DNA from: Ignavibacteria bacterium UBA7675
GTDB taxonomy: Bacteria; Bacteroidota; Ignavibacteria; Kapaibacteriales; UB7675
NCBI GenBank assembly: GCA_002483085.1
Contig: DLHF01000046.1
Span: forward strand, 5,313 to 69,312
DNA length: 64,000 bases
Reading direction: 5' to 3'
Shown one piece after another: positions 36,817 through 46,839 of the stretch (position 1 is the first letter of the stretch; each line of letters opens with the position of its first letter). A model generated the notes under the pieces. It did no database searches and was not told where the DNA came from. It was given only the letters and a program-made list of their open reading frames with translations. The position numbers were made by a program, and so were the translations under genes.

Positions 36817-38826
36817 ATGCAGAACGCTTCTACAACCGACGTGACAACGCTCAACGGCCTTCGCAACGGCCATTCCAGTCCGGCTCTTACTGAATTGGAG
36901 CAGGTATATCAGGAACTTCTGGCGTATTTGCGCCCCGAAAGCCGGGAAATTCTCGACTCGTGGGAAGCAAAAAAGGCAAACTACGAGGGCGAACAGTTCA
37001 CCTACAAGGTGCGCGGCAAGGACATACACGTGCGGAACTACACAGAATCGCTCTCGCATACCCAGGTACCTAAGATTGCCGTACCGAAGTTCCGCGACTG
37101 GGGCGAAATTCTGCGCTGGGCGATGCAGGAAAACTTCCCCGGCGAGTTTCCATATACCGCTGGAGTGTACCCATTTAAGCGGCAGGGCGAAGATCCTACG
37201 CGTATGTTTGCAGGCGAAGGTGGTCCGGAGCGCACAAATCGCCGCTTCCACTACCTGTCGCACGGGATGCCCGCAGCGCGGCTTTCCACGGCATTCGACT
37301 CGGTGACACTGTACGGCGAAGACCCGGACGAGCGGCCAGACATCTACGGAAAAATCGGCAACTCGGGCGTGAGCATTGCCACGCTCGACGACGCAAAAAA
37401 GCTGTACTCAGGCTTCGACCTCTGCGCTCCTTCTACCTCGGTGTCCATGACTATCAACGGTCCGGCTCCAATGCTTCTCGCGTTTTTTATGAATGCCGCT
37501 GTGGATCAGCAATGCGAGTTGTACATTCGCCAGCACGGCATGGAAGAAGAAATTTCGGCAAAGATCGACAGAATATACCAAGAGAAGAGTCTGCCCCGCC
37601 CCTCCTACTCCGGTGAACTTCCCGAAGGCAACAATGGGCTCGGCTTGCTTCTGCTGGGCGTAACAGGCGACCAAGTGCTGCCCGCCGATGTCTACCAAGA
37701 GTGCAAAGAACGCGCTCTTACCAGCGTGCGCGGCACAGTGCAAGCAGATATTCTCAAAGAAGACCAAGCGCAGAACACCTGCATCTTCTCCACAGAATTT
37801 GCCCTGCGCATGATGGGCGACATACAGCAGTATTTTATCGAAGAAAAGGTGCGTAACTTCTACTCTGTGTCGATCTCCGGCTATCATATTGCCGAAGCGG
37901 GCGCCAACCCGATTACACAGCTCGCACTTACGCTTGCCAATGGCTTTACCTATGTAGAATACTACCTTTCGCGCGGCATGGATATTAACGACTTTGCGCC
38001 GAACCTGTCGTTCTTTTTCTCTAATGGCATCGACCCCGAGTACTCGGTGATTGGCCGCGTGGCGCGCCGCATCTGGGCTAAAGCTATCAAGAATAAATAC
38101 GGCGGCAACGAGCGCTCGCAAATGCTGAAGTACCACATCCAGACCTCGGGCAGATCGCTGCACGCGCAGGAAATCGACTTCAACGACATACGCACGACGC
38201 TGCAAGCGCTGTACGCTATTTACGACAACTGTAATTCGCTGCACACTAACGCCTACGACGAAGCGATAACAACGCCTACGGAGGAATCAGTGCGCCGCGC
38301 CGTTGCTATTCAGCTTATCATTAATCGCGAGCTCGGCCTTGCGAAAAACGAAAATCCACTCCAAGGTTCGTTTATTATCGAAGAGCTTACCGAACTCGTG
38401 GAAGACGCCGTGCTTACGGAGTTCAACCGCATAGCAGAGCGCGGAGGCGTGCTCGGCGCAATGGAACTCATGTACCAGCGCAACAAGATTCAGGAAGAAT
38501 CGCTGTACTACGAAACACTGAAGCACACAGGCGAATACCCGATCATCGGCGTGAACACCTTCCTGAGCAGCAAGGGCTCGCCTACTGTGGTGCCCAGCGA
38601 AGTAATTCGCTCCACACAAGAAGAAAAGGAACTGCAAATATCCAATGTACGCGCCTTCCAGCAGCGCAACAGCACGACAGCCGACGCGCTCAAGCAGCTA
38701 AAAGTTGTGGCAGTACAAAACGACAATATTTTTGAAGGGTTGATGGAAGCTGCAAAAGTGTGTTCGCTCGGCCAGATGACGCGCTCGCTGTACTCGGTGG
38801 GCGGGCAGTATAGAAGGAATATGTGA
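36817..38826 (+). CDS. methylmalonyl-CoA-mutase-family catalytic (substrate-binding TIM-barrel) subunit, IcmF C-terminal-half-like; no B12-binding domain
   Basis: [66 protein letters not shown], long N-terminal linker region. 669 aa, ends without a DxHxxG Rossmann domain. Confidence 0.85.
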   Translation: MQNASTTDVTTLNGLRNGHSSPALTELEQVYQELLAYLRPESREILDSWEAKKANYEGEQFTYKVRGKDIHVRNYTESLSHTQVPKIAVPKFRDWGEILRWAMQENFPGEFPYTAGVYPFKRQGEDPTRMFAGEGGPERTNRRFHYLSHGMPAARLSTAFDSVTLYGEDPDERPDIYGKIGNSGVSIATLDDAKKLYSGFDLCAPSTSVSMTINGPAPMLLAFFMNAAVDQQCELYIRQHGMEEEISAKIDRIYQEKSLPRPSYSGELPEGNNGLGLLLLGVTGDQVLPADVYQECKERALTSVRGTVQADILKEDQAQNTCIFSTEFALRMMGDIQQYFIEEKVRNFYSVSISGYHIAEAGANPITQLALTLANGFTYVEYYLSRGMDINDFAPNLSFFFSNGIDPEYSVIGRVARRIWAKAIKNKYGGNERSQMLKYHIQTSGRSLHAQEIDFNDIRTTLQALYAIYDNCNSLHTNAYDEAITTPTEESVRRAVAIQLIINRELGLAKNENPLQGSFIIEELTELVEDAVLTEFNRIAERGGVLGAMELMYQRNKIQEESLYYETLKHTGEYPIIGVNTFLSSKGSPTVVPSEVIRSTQEEKELQISNVRAFQQRNSTTADALKQLKVVAVQNDNIFEGLMEAAKVCSLGQMTRSLYSVGGQYRRNM

Positions 38827-38886
38827 CCTCGCCCAGACTCCTCTACGACACATACATACTTCAATTCTCGATCCTGAAAAGCACTT

Positions 38887-40191
38887 ATGAGCATATCAAA
38901 CCTGACCATACAAAACTTCAAGAGCATCAACCGTGTAGAGATGCAGCTTGGAGATTTTAATGTGCTCATAGGTGCTAACGCGGCAGGAAAAACAAATATC
39001 GTGCAGGCTGTGAAGTTTTTGAAGGATTGTGCGGCGGAGGGATTTGAGAATGCTTTTTCTTTACAGGGCGCTTCTAACTATTTCTTCAACTCGCGTAACA
39101 AAGCAACTCACGGTATATTTAATCTTACATTTATTCCTCTTGCTGCATATAAACGGATGTTGGGGTTCACCATAAAAGACACATCAGTATTTGGCTTGCT
39201 CCAGAATATTACCTACCAACTTCGCGTTCTACCGCAGACGGAGTCTTTACCTTATTATGTAGATATTATAACATCAGATGCTGTTTGGGACGAGTTTCCA
39301 CCTGTCAAGGAACAAGACAGCTATAGTTCCCAAATCGAGTGCCTAAAAGTATTAGAAAAACATAAACAGAATAAAGAAAAGATGGGCAAATTCCTTGCCT
39401 CTCATAATCCTAATACTGATAGACCTTTCTTTGCGGTTCAGAATCAGCAGGGAAAAACCATGCACCATATGGAGGAAATGGTAAATGAAGAATTAGGACG
39501 CAGTCTTCTCATACATAGTGACATATTTCATCTCGGTCTTTTAGGTAGACCCACAGTTGATCAATTATTAGATATTGGCATCTATAATTTTTCTATAAGC
39601 AAACTTGTGGAGGCAAACTCTCTTATTGGCCGCAAAGACCTCGAATCCGACGGCAGCAACCTCATCCTTGTCCTGAAAAATCTCATGGACAACGAGGAAA
39701 AACGCCACCAGTTCCTCCTACTGCTCGAATATGCTTTACCATTTATCAAGGATGTAAAGGTGGAGTCGATGCACGGCCAATCGCTTGTGGCTCTGCTCAC
39801 TGAAAAATACGATGAGAATTTCTCGCTGCCATCTGTCTTCTTTTCCGAAGGAACGATAAGCGTGATTGCTCTTATTATCGCGCTATTTTTTGAGAATAAA
39901 TCCGTCGTCGTCATCGAAGAACCGGAACGCTATATTCACCCTTCCCTGCTGGCAAAGCTCGTAGAACTGATGAAAGACGCCTCGCGCAACAAACAGGTAA
40001 TTATCACTACACATAGCCCAGAACTCGTCAAGCACGCAGGCATAGAGAACCTCTTGCTTGTGCAGCGCGATAAGGAAGGATTTACAACAGTGTCGCGACC
40101 AAACGACAATGAAATAGTGAAAACATTTCTGCACAATGAGATAGGGCTGGACGACTTGTACATTGACAATTTGCTTGGAGTAGAATCATGA
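38887..40191 (+). CDS. ABC/AAA_21-type ATPase (OLD/PARIS AriA-like N-terminal ATPase class)
   Basis: Walker A GANAAGKTN, Walker B VVVIEEPERYIHP, H-loop IITTHSPEL. 434 aa. Lies in a ~40% GC stretch. Confidence 0.8.
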   Translation: MSISNLTIQNFKSINRVEMQLGDFNVLIGANAAGKTNIVQAVKFLKDCAAEGFENAFSLQGASNYFFNSRNKATHGIFNLTFIPLAAYKRMLGFTIKDTSVFGLLQNITYQLRVLPQTESLPYYVDIITSDAVWDEFPPVKEQDSYSSQIECLKVLEKHKQNKEKMGKFLASHNPNTDRPFFAVQNQQGKTMHHMEEMVNEELGRSLLIHSDIFHLGLLGRPTVDQLLDIGIYNFSISKLVEANSLIGRKDLESDGSNLILVLKNLMDNEEKRHQFLLLLEYALPFIKDVKVESMHGQSLVALLTEKYDENFSLPSVFFSEGTISVIALIIALFFENKSVVVIEEPERYIHPSLLAKLVELMKDASRNKQVIITTHSPELVKHAGIENLLLVQRDKEGFTTVSRPNDNEIVKTFLHNEIGLDDLYIDNLLGVES

Positions 40192-40712
40192 GCTACAGAC
40201 CGCTTTTCCTGTTTGTAGAAGGCCTGCATGACAAGGATTTTTTCGAGCGCATTATCACCCAGAGGCTTTCCAGCTTTTATAGCCATATTACAGTCAAAAC
40301 GACATCAACAGATATTCATCAAGTAAATAAACTTGTCAAAACACTTACGCATCAGGGCAGCGATTACTGGAAAATTAACGACATTGACGAGTCGCCCTGT
40401 GTAACTCAAAAGAAAGAATCCGTTCAGAGAAAACATCCCACTATTCCAACGAACAGAATATTAATTGTGCGGATCGAGATTGAAAGCTGGTACGCTGCCG
40501 GACTCGATGCCGAAGCTCGCACAAAGCTGAAAGTGACGTTCAGCAAACCACCCGATGAAATGACAAAAGAAGATTTTGCAGCCTGTATTCCGTCACGCTA
40601 CAACAATTCCAAAATTGCTTTCATGCAGGACATCCTTCATCACTTCTCCTTCGATGAAGCCAGAACCAGAAGCACATCCTTCAACTATTGCATGAACAAA
40701 CTTGGCCTCTAA
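40188..40712 (+). CDS. small TOPRIM-like protein (DUF4276/RloB-like class, tentative), translationally coupled to the ATPase
   Basis: ATGA start/stop overlap. LFLFVEGLHDKDFF (TOPRIM Glu), NDIDE (DxD) about 58 aa later, then IEIESW acidic motif. 174 aa. Confidence 0.55.
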   Translation: MSYRPLFLFVEGLHDKDFFERIITQRLSSFYSHITVKTTSTDIHQVNKLVKTLTHQGSDYWKINDIDESPCVTQKKESVQRKHPTIPTNRILIVRIEIESWYAAGLDAEARTKLKVTFSKPPDEMTKEDFAACIPSRYNNSKIAFMQDILHHFSFDEARTRSTSFNYCMNKLGL

Positions 40713-41769
40713 CCGCTCATATCAGACTTGCGATTTCCTCATCGCCGGTGGTGGGCTGGCGGGTTCGCTGCTGGCGTGGTGTCTGCGCGAGCGCGGCGCT
40801 ACGGTGCTTCTGGCCGATTTGCCCAATCCCTCTGCCGCGTGGCGCACAGCGGGCGGCCTGCTCACACCTGTCACTGGGCGGCGCCTTGCAAAATCCTTTA
40901 TGCTCGACACGCTCCTGACCTTTGCAAAAGAGTGGTATCGCTCGATGGAACAGCAGTTCGGTGCGACTCTACTCACGGAGCTGCCCATCTTGCGCGTGTT
41001 TCGCAGTGCCGATGAACGCTCTGTATGGGAGGAGCGCCGCGCCGAACCCGGCTACAGCCAGTATATGCAGCCAGCACAGGACGCAATACCGGCGGGCGTG
41101 TATGCACCGTTTGGTACAGGCATCATGACCGGCGGCGGGCGCGTGGACCTCGTGGCCCTACTCCACTGCCTGCACAGCGTACTTCCGCTGGCAGAAACAA
41201 CAGGTGCGCCCGTGCGAGTGGAAGAACTCGACATCACCGAGAGCGGTGTGAAGTGGCGCACGATCCATGCCGAGAAACTTATATTCTGCGAAGGATGGCG
41301 CGGCGCTTACAACCCCCTGTTCAGCGCTGTCCCTATCCTGCCTTCGCATGGAGAAACACTCGTGATTCGCACGGCAGGCATCCCCGATACTTGCATCCTG
41401 AACGGCGGTGCACACGTCACTCCGCTCGGCAATGGCCTGTTCAAAGTGGGAGCTACCAATGGGTGGTCGACATTCGATGAAACGACGACACAGGACGGGC
41501 TCGCGGAGCTTCGGCACAATCTCGACAATCTGATAGGCGTGCCCTACGATATTGTCGAGCACACAGCCGGAATACGCCCGGCTATCAAGGACCGCCATCC
41601 AGTAGCGGGAATGCACCCCGTGCACAAGCGCGTGGGCATGCTCAATGGCCTCGGTAGCAAAGGCGCTCTGTACGGCCCGTGGTCGGCGTTCCACTTCGCA
41701 GATTTTCTCGTGAATGCCTCCCCCCTTCCGGCGTTCTCTATCGAACGGTTTTACTCATCCGATACCTGA
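40702..41769 (+). CDS. FAD-dependent oxidoreductase (DAO/glycine-oxidase/MnmC-oxidase-domain-like)
   Basis: N-terminal dinucleotide fold DFLIAGGGLAGSLLAWCLRERGATVLLAD. C-terminal GIRP...DRHPVAG. Only a TTG start at 40702 precedes the GxGxxG, overlapping the upstream gene by 11 nt. Confidence 0.7.
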   Translation: MASNRSYQTCDFLIAGGGLAGSLLAWCLRERGATVLLADLPNPSAAWRTAGGLLTPVTGRRLAKSFMLDTLLTFAKEWYRSMEQQFGATLLTELPILRVFRSADERSVWEERRAEPGYSQYMQPAQDAIPAGVYAPFGTGIMTGGGRVDLVALLHCLHSVLPLAETTGAPVRVEELDITESGVKWRTIHAEKLIFCEGWRGAYNPLFSAVPILPSHGETLVIRTAGIPDTCILNGGAHVTPLGNGLFKVGATNGWSTFDETTTQDGLAELRHNLDNLIGVPYDIVEHTAGIRPAIKDRHPVAGMHPVHKRVGMLNGLGSKGALYGPWSAFHFADFLVNASPLPAFSIERFYSSDT

Positions 41770-41774
41770 CCAGT

Positions 41775-42353
41775 ATGCTCAAGGCTCTGCATTTTGCACG
41801 TACACTTATCGCAAATGCCCTTCAGCCCGGCGCTCTTGCTATAGATGCAACAGCGGGCAATGGACACGACACGGAGTTTCTCGCACGATTAGTTGGTACA
41901 AACGGTATGGTGTATGCGTTCGATATTCAGGAACAGGCAGTAATCGCTACGCGCAATCGCCTGCTCAATGCCGGATTAGAACGGCAAACAATGGTTGTGC
42001 ACGATGGACACGAGCACATGCGGCATCATATAGCGCCAGAACACTGCGGGCTTATCAATGTCTGTATGTTCAACCTCGGCTATCTGCCTCGCGGCGACAA
42101 AAGCATCACCACAAAGCGGCAGACATCGCTCCAAGCGCTACAGGCTGCTACAGAACTACTCGCCCCAAATGGCATTATCACCGTTATGATCTACCCCGGC
42201 CATGCAGAAGGAACAGAAGAAGCGGCGCACATCTCGGCATGGGCACGCGAACTCCCGCAAACGCAGTACCACGTGCTGCACTACGAATTTATCAACCTGA
42301 GCAATGCCCCGCCAAGGCTTCTGGCCATCGAAAAGAATGACGTGCTTGAGTAG
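41775..42353 (+). CDS. class I SAM-dependent methyltransferase of the YtqB/MnmM type
   Basis: ALAIDATAGNGHDTEFLARLVGTNGMVYAFDIQEQA SAM-binding motif I and following. About 190 aa, typical of this family. Confidence 0.65.
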   Translation: MLKALHFARTLIANALQPGALAIDATAGNGHDTEFLARLVGTNGMVYAFDIQEQAVIATRNRLLNAGLERQTMVVHDGHEHMRHHIAPEHCGLINVCMFNLGYLPRGDKSITTKRQTSLQALQAATELLAPNGIITVMIYPGHAEGTEEAAHISAWARELPQTQYHVLHYEFINLSNAPPRLLAIEKNDVLE

Positions 42354-42420
42354 CACATTGTCCATCCTACAACGTCTTGATACGCATTCGCTCATGAGTC
42401 TTGCTGCTGCTATAGATTGT

Positions 42421-42482
42421 GGCACGGGCGTCGCTCGGGCGCCCGTCTGGTCGCTGTCACCGGTCGCACAAGCCGCTGCGTG
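42421..42482. repeat. solo module-A repeat copy (near-consensus)
   Basis: GGCACGGGCGtcgctcggCGCCCGTCTGGTCGCTGTCACCGGTCGCACAAGCCGCTGCGTG. Confidence 0.65.
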
Positions 42483-42736
42483 ATTTTTCTACCAGCAATC
42501 GCGCGGGCATACTGCCGCAGTACAACGCCGGAACAAAAGATAGCAGTAGGTAGAATGCTCCCTTCCAGCGACAGAAGCGAACATCACATCCAAAAACATT
42601 GTACAGAACAGCGTTCGCAACATCGTATCGACTGCGTAGAATGATGTTTTTTTTGCCTGTACTACTGGCGCACGATTTTCTATCTTGCATATTGAACGGA
42701 GTGCGATTTCGTTCATTTATTATCATAGGGTTCTTT

Positions 42737-44821
42737 ATGCGTTGTTTTTCTATTCGCACGCACGCTTTGTCCCTGCTGTTTTGTCTGACGGGAACCGTGT
42801 TCGCACAAGCACAATGGCAGCCTCTCAACGAGCCATTTGGCACAAATATCCAAGGTCTGTTTGAAAGTAATGGTACTGCGCTTGCTTCTTCGCCTACTGG
42901 TATTTACCGCTCCGACAACCATGGTATGAACTGGAGCCATGCGTACACAGGTAATGCATCCCCTTCATTTGCACGCATTGGCAGTCGCTTGTATGCAAGC
43001 ACATGGTCGGACATCATTGTCTCCGACAACGACGGGCAGAGCTGGGAACAGCTTCAGACCAACCTACCCGAAAGCAATGTATCTGCCCTCGCTTACGACG
43101 GTTCCACGCTCTATGCAGGTGGTTTTGGCCTCGGCATTTACTCCTCTACCGACAACGGCGCTACGTGGCAATCCAACAACGAAGGCCTACCCAACGACTA
43201 CGTTGTGTCCATCGCTGTTATCGACACGAGCGTATTTATCAACATTATCAGCAGCTTTGGCGCAGAAGACGGTGGCATATACACCCGCGAAGCTGGCGGA
43301 AACTGGATAAGGATTTCGTCGACAACCATGCATCCGTCCTTACTAAAAGCCATTGGTTCAGTTCTGTTTATCGCAGGATGGAACGAAGCATACCGCTCCG
43401 AAGACCTGGGACACACATGGATACCACTGGCTTCCCCTACAAGCCAATCCTACATAAGCTGCGTTGAATCTTCAGGCTCTCTGCTGTTTGCTGGTACGAG
43501 TGATAATGGTGTGTTCAGTTCTACAGACAACGGAGCTACATGGTCGCCTGCCGGATTAGAATTTACAGGTATTACAAGCCTTACCGCAAGCAGTTCGATG
43601 CTTATAGCAGGAACCACAAAATACGGTGCGTATATCTCACACGACAACGGTGCACACTGGGAAGCAGTCAATACGGGCATTGCCAGTACAACAACTGTTC
43701 CTGTGCTGGCGGCGGACAACAGCGGTATCTATGCAGCAGTAGAAAACTCGACGAATATATATAAAAGCAGCGATAACGGTATTTCCTGGGTAGAGCTTCC
43801 GGCGCCACACACGACATCCTCCACCATAACGGCGCTTGCAGTGGCCAACTCTACACTGCTCGCAGGTACGTCGATGGAAGGAGTGTTCAATGCGGATGTC
43901 GATGGCACGCTGTGGCAAGCGTCCACGGGAATCCCAAAAAAAATATGGGTGACAAATTTTCTCCAATCTGGCTCTCTGCTGCTTGCAGGAACTATGTCGA
44001 TGTCCTTTCCGGTTGCCCCCTACAGCGGAGCGTATATCTCGAATGATATCGGTATTACATGGACGGCAACCGACCTTCCAACTTCTGCGCTCTCTCTGGT
44101 ACAGCACAATGGCGCGCTCTATGCCGGTACAACAACCGATGTGCGCGTTTCTACCGACGGCGGTACTCACTGGGTACGGAGTAGCCCAGCAAGTATTGCT
44201 GAAAGCGAAATATACTCTCTTGCCTCCAACGGTGCTACCTTGTTCGCAGGCTCCTACAACAATGGTATTTTTATTTCGCACAACAATGGCATAACGTGGA
44301 CTCCATCTACAATGGGGCTGCCTGAGAACATACGCGTCACACGCTTTGCAGTGTATGAGCAGACAGTATTTGCAGGAACTGAAGACGGTGTTTTCAAAAC
44401 TACCGACAACGGCACAACGTGGGAATCCGTAACCGATGGAATGGAACACATTCCTGTGCAGACCATTGTGATCCAAGGAGACTATCTGTACGCAGGGACA
44501 ACCGGTGCAGCAACGTGGCGGCGACCGCTCTCAGAACTGGTGATAACATCGGTGAACGAGAGCACACCAGTGCAATCGGGCTACGAACTGTTTCCCAACC
44601 CCATGAAAACAGCAGCTACACTCCGGCTCTGCGCTTCCTGCGAACTCCATAACGCAACACTCTCTATTACTACAGTCGCTGGGCAGCACGTGCGCTCTAC
44701 TCATGGGCTGTACGGCTCCTCCATTACTATCCAGCGCGGAGAGCTTGCACCCGGAGTGTACGCCTTCACGCTCGAAGAACATGGCACTCGTCTTACTTCC
44801 GGGACTTTTGTCGTAGAATAA
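42737..44821 (+). CDS. secreted BNR/Asp-box (sortilin/Ycf48-like) repeat protein with T9SS C-terminal sorting domain
   Basis: Signal peptide MRCFSIRTHALSLLFCLTGTVFAQA. Multiple S/T-x-D-x-G-x-T-W boxes (STDNGATW, SHDNGAHW, SSDNGISW, TTDNGTTW). Tail FPNPMKTAATLRL...GVYAFTLEEHG. Confidence 0.75.
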   Translation: MRCFSIRTHALSLLFCLTGTVFAQAQWQPLNEPFGTNIQGLFESNGTALASSPTGIYRSDNHGMNWSHAYTGNASPSFARIGSRLYASTWSDIIVSDNDGQSWEQLQTNLPESNVSALAYDGSTLYAGGFGLGIYSSTDNGATWQSNNEGLPNDYVVSIAVIDTSVFINIISSFGAEDGGIYTREAGGNWIRISSTTMHPSLLKAIGSVLFIAGWNEAYRSEDLGHTWIPLASPTSQSYISCVESSGSLLFAGTSDNGVFSSTDNGATWSPAGLEFTGITSLTASSSMLIAGTTKYGAYISHDNGAHWEAVNTGIASTTTVPVLAADNSGIYAAVENSTNIYKSSDNGISWVELPAPHTTSSTITALAVANSTLLAGTSMEGVFNADVDGTLWQASTGIPKKIWVTNFLQSGSLLLAGTMSMSFPVAPYSGAYISNDIGITWTATDLPTSALSLVQHNGALYAGTTTDVRVSTDGGTHWVRSSPASIAESEIYSLASNGATLFAGSYNNGIFISHNNGITWTPSTMGLPENIRVTRFAVYEQTVFAGTEDGVFKTTDNGTTWESVTDGMEHIPVQTIVIQGDYLYAGTTGAATWRRPLSELVITSVNESTPVQSGYELFPNPMKTAATLRLCASCELHNATLSITTVAGQHVRSTHGLYGSSITIQRGELAPGVYAFTLEEHGTRLTSGTFVVE

Positions 44822-44851
44822 CAGCACCCACACATAGCAAAAACAGACGCT

Positions 44852-44880
44852 GGCGGTGAACTTCACCGCCTTCTTTTTTT
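44852..44880 (+). terminator. rho-independent terminator
   Basis: GGCGGTGAA-c-TTCACCGCC followed by TTCTTTTTTT. Confidence 0.7.
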
Positions 44881-44899
44881 ACCACAACAACTGAACCAA

Positions 44900-44991
44900 A
44901 GCGAACGCCCCCCGGCCAACCGAAAAGCGGATGTGCGACCGGTGACAGCGACCAGGCGGTCGCCGCAAAGAAGCCCGTGCCATAACCTTTG
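44900..44991. repeat. module-A repeat copy in reverse orientation with extended arm shared with the 46720-46806 copy
   Basis: AGCGAACGCCCCCCGGCCAACCGAAAAGCGGATGTGCGACCGGTGACAGCGACCAGGCGGTCGCCGCAAAGAAGCCCGTGCC. Confidence 0.65.
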
Positions 44992-45083
44992 CCCAACAGC
45001 CGATACTGCCCGCCAACCAACGATTTACTTTTTCCTCTGCTATGCGCGTTGTAAATTGCCAGATATTTTACAATGGAGAATGT

Positions 45084-45767
45084 ATGACGCCCAACGATGT
45101 GCTCGCTCTCCTCGAAGAGAACAAAAATGAACGCGGCATCGCTGTATGGAACCGAACAGGTCTACAAGACATCGGGTCGTTTGGGCTCGGCGTGACCCAG
45201 CTCAAAGCAATCGCAAAAAAAATTGAGAAAAGCCACCAGCTCGCGCTGGAACTGTGGAATTTGCCGTATCTCGACACGAGAATTCTCGCTACGCTCGTGG
45301 ACAATCCCAAGGAAGTGACACCCGAGCAAGCCGAACAACAAATAAGCGAGAAGCACGGCTGGATGCTGTCGAACGCCTATTGCAGCTATCTGCTTTCCAA
45401 AACATCCTTCGCAAAAGAAAAAGCTGTGGAGTGGATGGAAACCAGCGATAATCTGAAAAAGCGCTGCGGCTTCCTGCTGCTGTACAATCTTGCAAAAGAC
45501 GACAAAAAACTTCCCGATTCGTTTTTTATGCCCTACCTCGATATGATCGAAGCAAAGCTACAGTCCGAAGAAAATTTTGTAAAGGACTCTATGAACACAG
45601 CTCTTCTCGCTATCGGGCAGCGCAATCGCACTCTGAACAGCCGGGCTATCGACGTGGCGCATGCTATTGGTGTAGTGGAAGTCGACTATGGCGATAACTC
45701 ATGCCAGGCTATCGACTGCCTGAAACACCTTACCAGCGAGCGCATTCAAAGCAAATTCAAGCCGTAA
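45084..45767 (+). CDS. DNA alkylation repair protein (AlkD/AlkC-like HEAT-repeat glycosylase family)
   Basis: MTPNDVLALLEENKNERGIAVWNRTG..., helical repeat composition, ~228 aa typical of the family. The listed ORF start at 45042 is upstream. Confidence 0.65.
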   Translation: MTPNDVLALLEENKNERGIAVWNRTGLQDIGSFGLGVTQLKAIAKKIEKSHQLALELWNLPYLDTRILATLVDNPKEVTPEQAEQQISEKHGWMLSNAYCSYLLSKTSFAKEKAVEWMETSDNLKKRCGFLLLYNLAKDDKKLPDSFFMPYLDMIEAKLQSEENFVKDSMNTALLAIGQRNRTLNSRAIDVAHAIGVVEVDYGDNSCQAIDCLKHLTSERIQSKFKP

Positions 45768-45825
45768 CCGCAGCCGAGAATACGGCGGCAATATCATACT
45801 ATGTAATTGCAACACAGGATAAAAT

Positions 45826-46572
45826 ATGTCTATTTCCACACAACAAGAGCTCGACGGCATACGCGCAATCGGCTGGATTGTGGGCCATGTGCTCAAAGAA
45901 ATGAAAACCAGCGTGCGGGCGGGAATGACAACTGCCGAGCTAGACGCTCTTGGCAACGAGATGATGCGCGACCTCGGTGCAAACCCAGCTCCCCGGCTTG
46001 TCTATAATTTCCCAGGCGCGACGTGTATCAGCATCAACAACGAAGCGGCGCACGGCATACCCGGCAAGCGCGTCATACGCGAAGGCGATTTAGTAAATAT
46101 CGACGTATCGGCGGAAAAAGACGGATTTTTTGCTGATAATGGCGGTACGGTGGCTGTAGATGTCACCGATAAGCGCCTGCTCCGCCTGTGCGAAAGCTCC
46201 AAAGCAATTCTCGACAAGGCCATCGCCACCGCTAAAACAGGTGTACGTGTCAATCAAGTAGGCCGTGTTATCGAGCGCGAAGCGCGAAAAAATGGGTTTC
46301 AGGTTATCGAAAATCTGTGCGGGCATGGCGTGGGCAGAAGCCTGCACGAAGAGCCCTCGGAAATAGCAAATTACTACGACCCGGCGTACCGCAAAACCTT
46401 CACACGCGGTATGGTGGTAGCCATCGAAACATTCATTTCCACACGAGCTCACTATGTCGTGGAAAAAGGCGATGGCTGGACATATATCACGCCCGACGGC
46501 AGCTATGTAGCACAATACGAGCACACGGTGATTATTACCGACACCGAGCCTATTGTCGTTACAGCCGTATAG
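45826..46572 (+). CDS. map: type I methionine aminopeptidase
   Basis: Metal ligands in context (NIDVS, ENLCGHGVGRSLHEEP, AIETFIS). 248 aa. Confidence 0.9.
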   Translation: MSISTQQELDGIRAIGWIVGHVLKEMKTSVRAGMTTAELDALGNEMMRDLGANPAPRLVYNFPGATCISINNEAAHGIPGKRVIREGDLVNIDVSAEKDGFFADNGGTVAVDVTDKRLLRLCESSKAILDKAIATAKTGVRVNQVGRVIEREARKNGFQVIENLCGHGVGRSLHEEPSEIANYYDPAYRKTFTRGMVVAIETFISTRAHYVVEKGDGWTYITPDGSYVAQYEHTVIITDTEPIVVTAV

Positions 46573-46584
46573 AAAAATAGTTTT

Positions 46585-46806
46585 GCGCTTCGGTCTGCGC
46601 TCTACCGTTTAGTCTGCGCACCGCGCTGCAAAACCGCCGCGTGGCATTGCAACCCGTCTGCGCGCATGTTCCCGTAACGGTGCGAGGCGATACGGCCATT
46701 CGCTGGGCGATACGACAGCACCAGAGCGAACAACCTCCGGCCAACCGAAAAGCGGATGTGCGACCGGTGACAGCGACCAGACGGGCGGTGCAAAGAAGCC
46801 CGTGCC
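46585..46806. repeat. composite repeat-family copy (module B forward + module A reverse)
   Basis: GCGCTTCGGTCTGCGCTC...GTCTGCGCACCGCGCTGCAAAACCGCCGCGTGG. Then CCGAAAAGCGGATGTGCGACCGGTGACAGCGACCAGACGGGCGG...GAAGCCCGTGCC. Confidence 0.65.
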
Positions 46807-46839
46807 ACAAACTTTTCGCAATACTACACGGCAATACCT

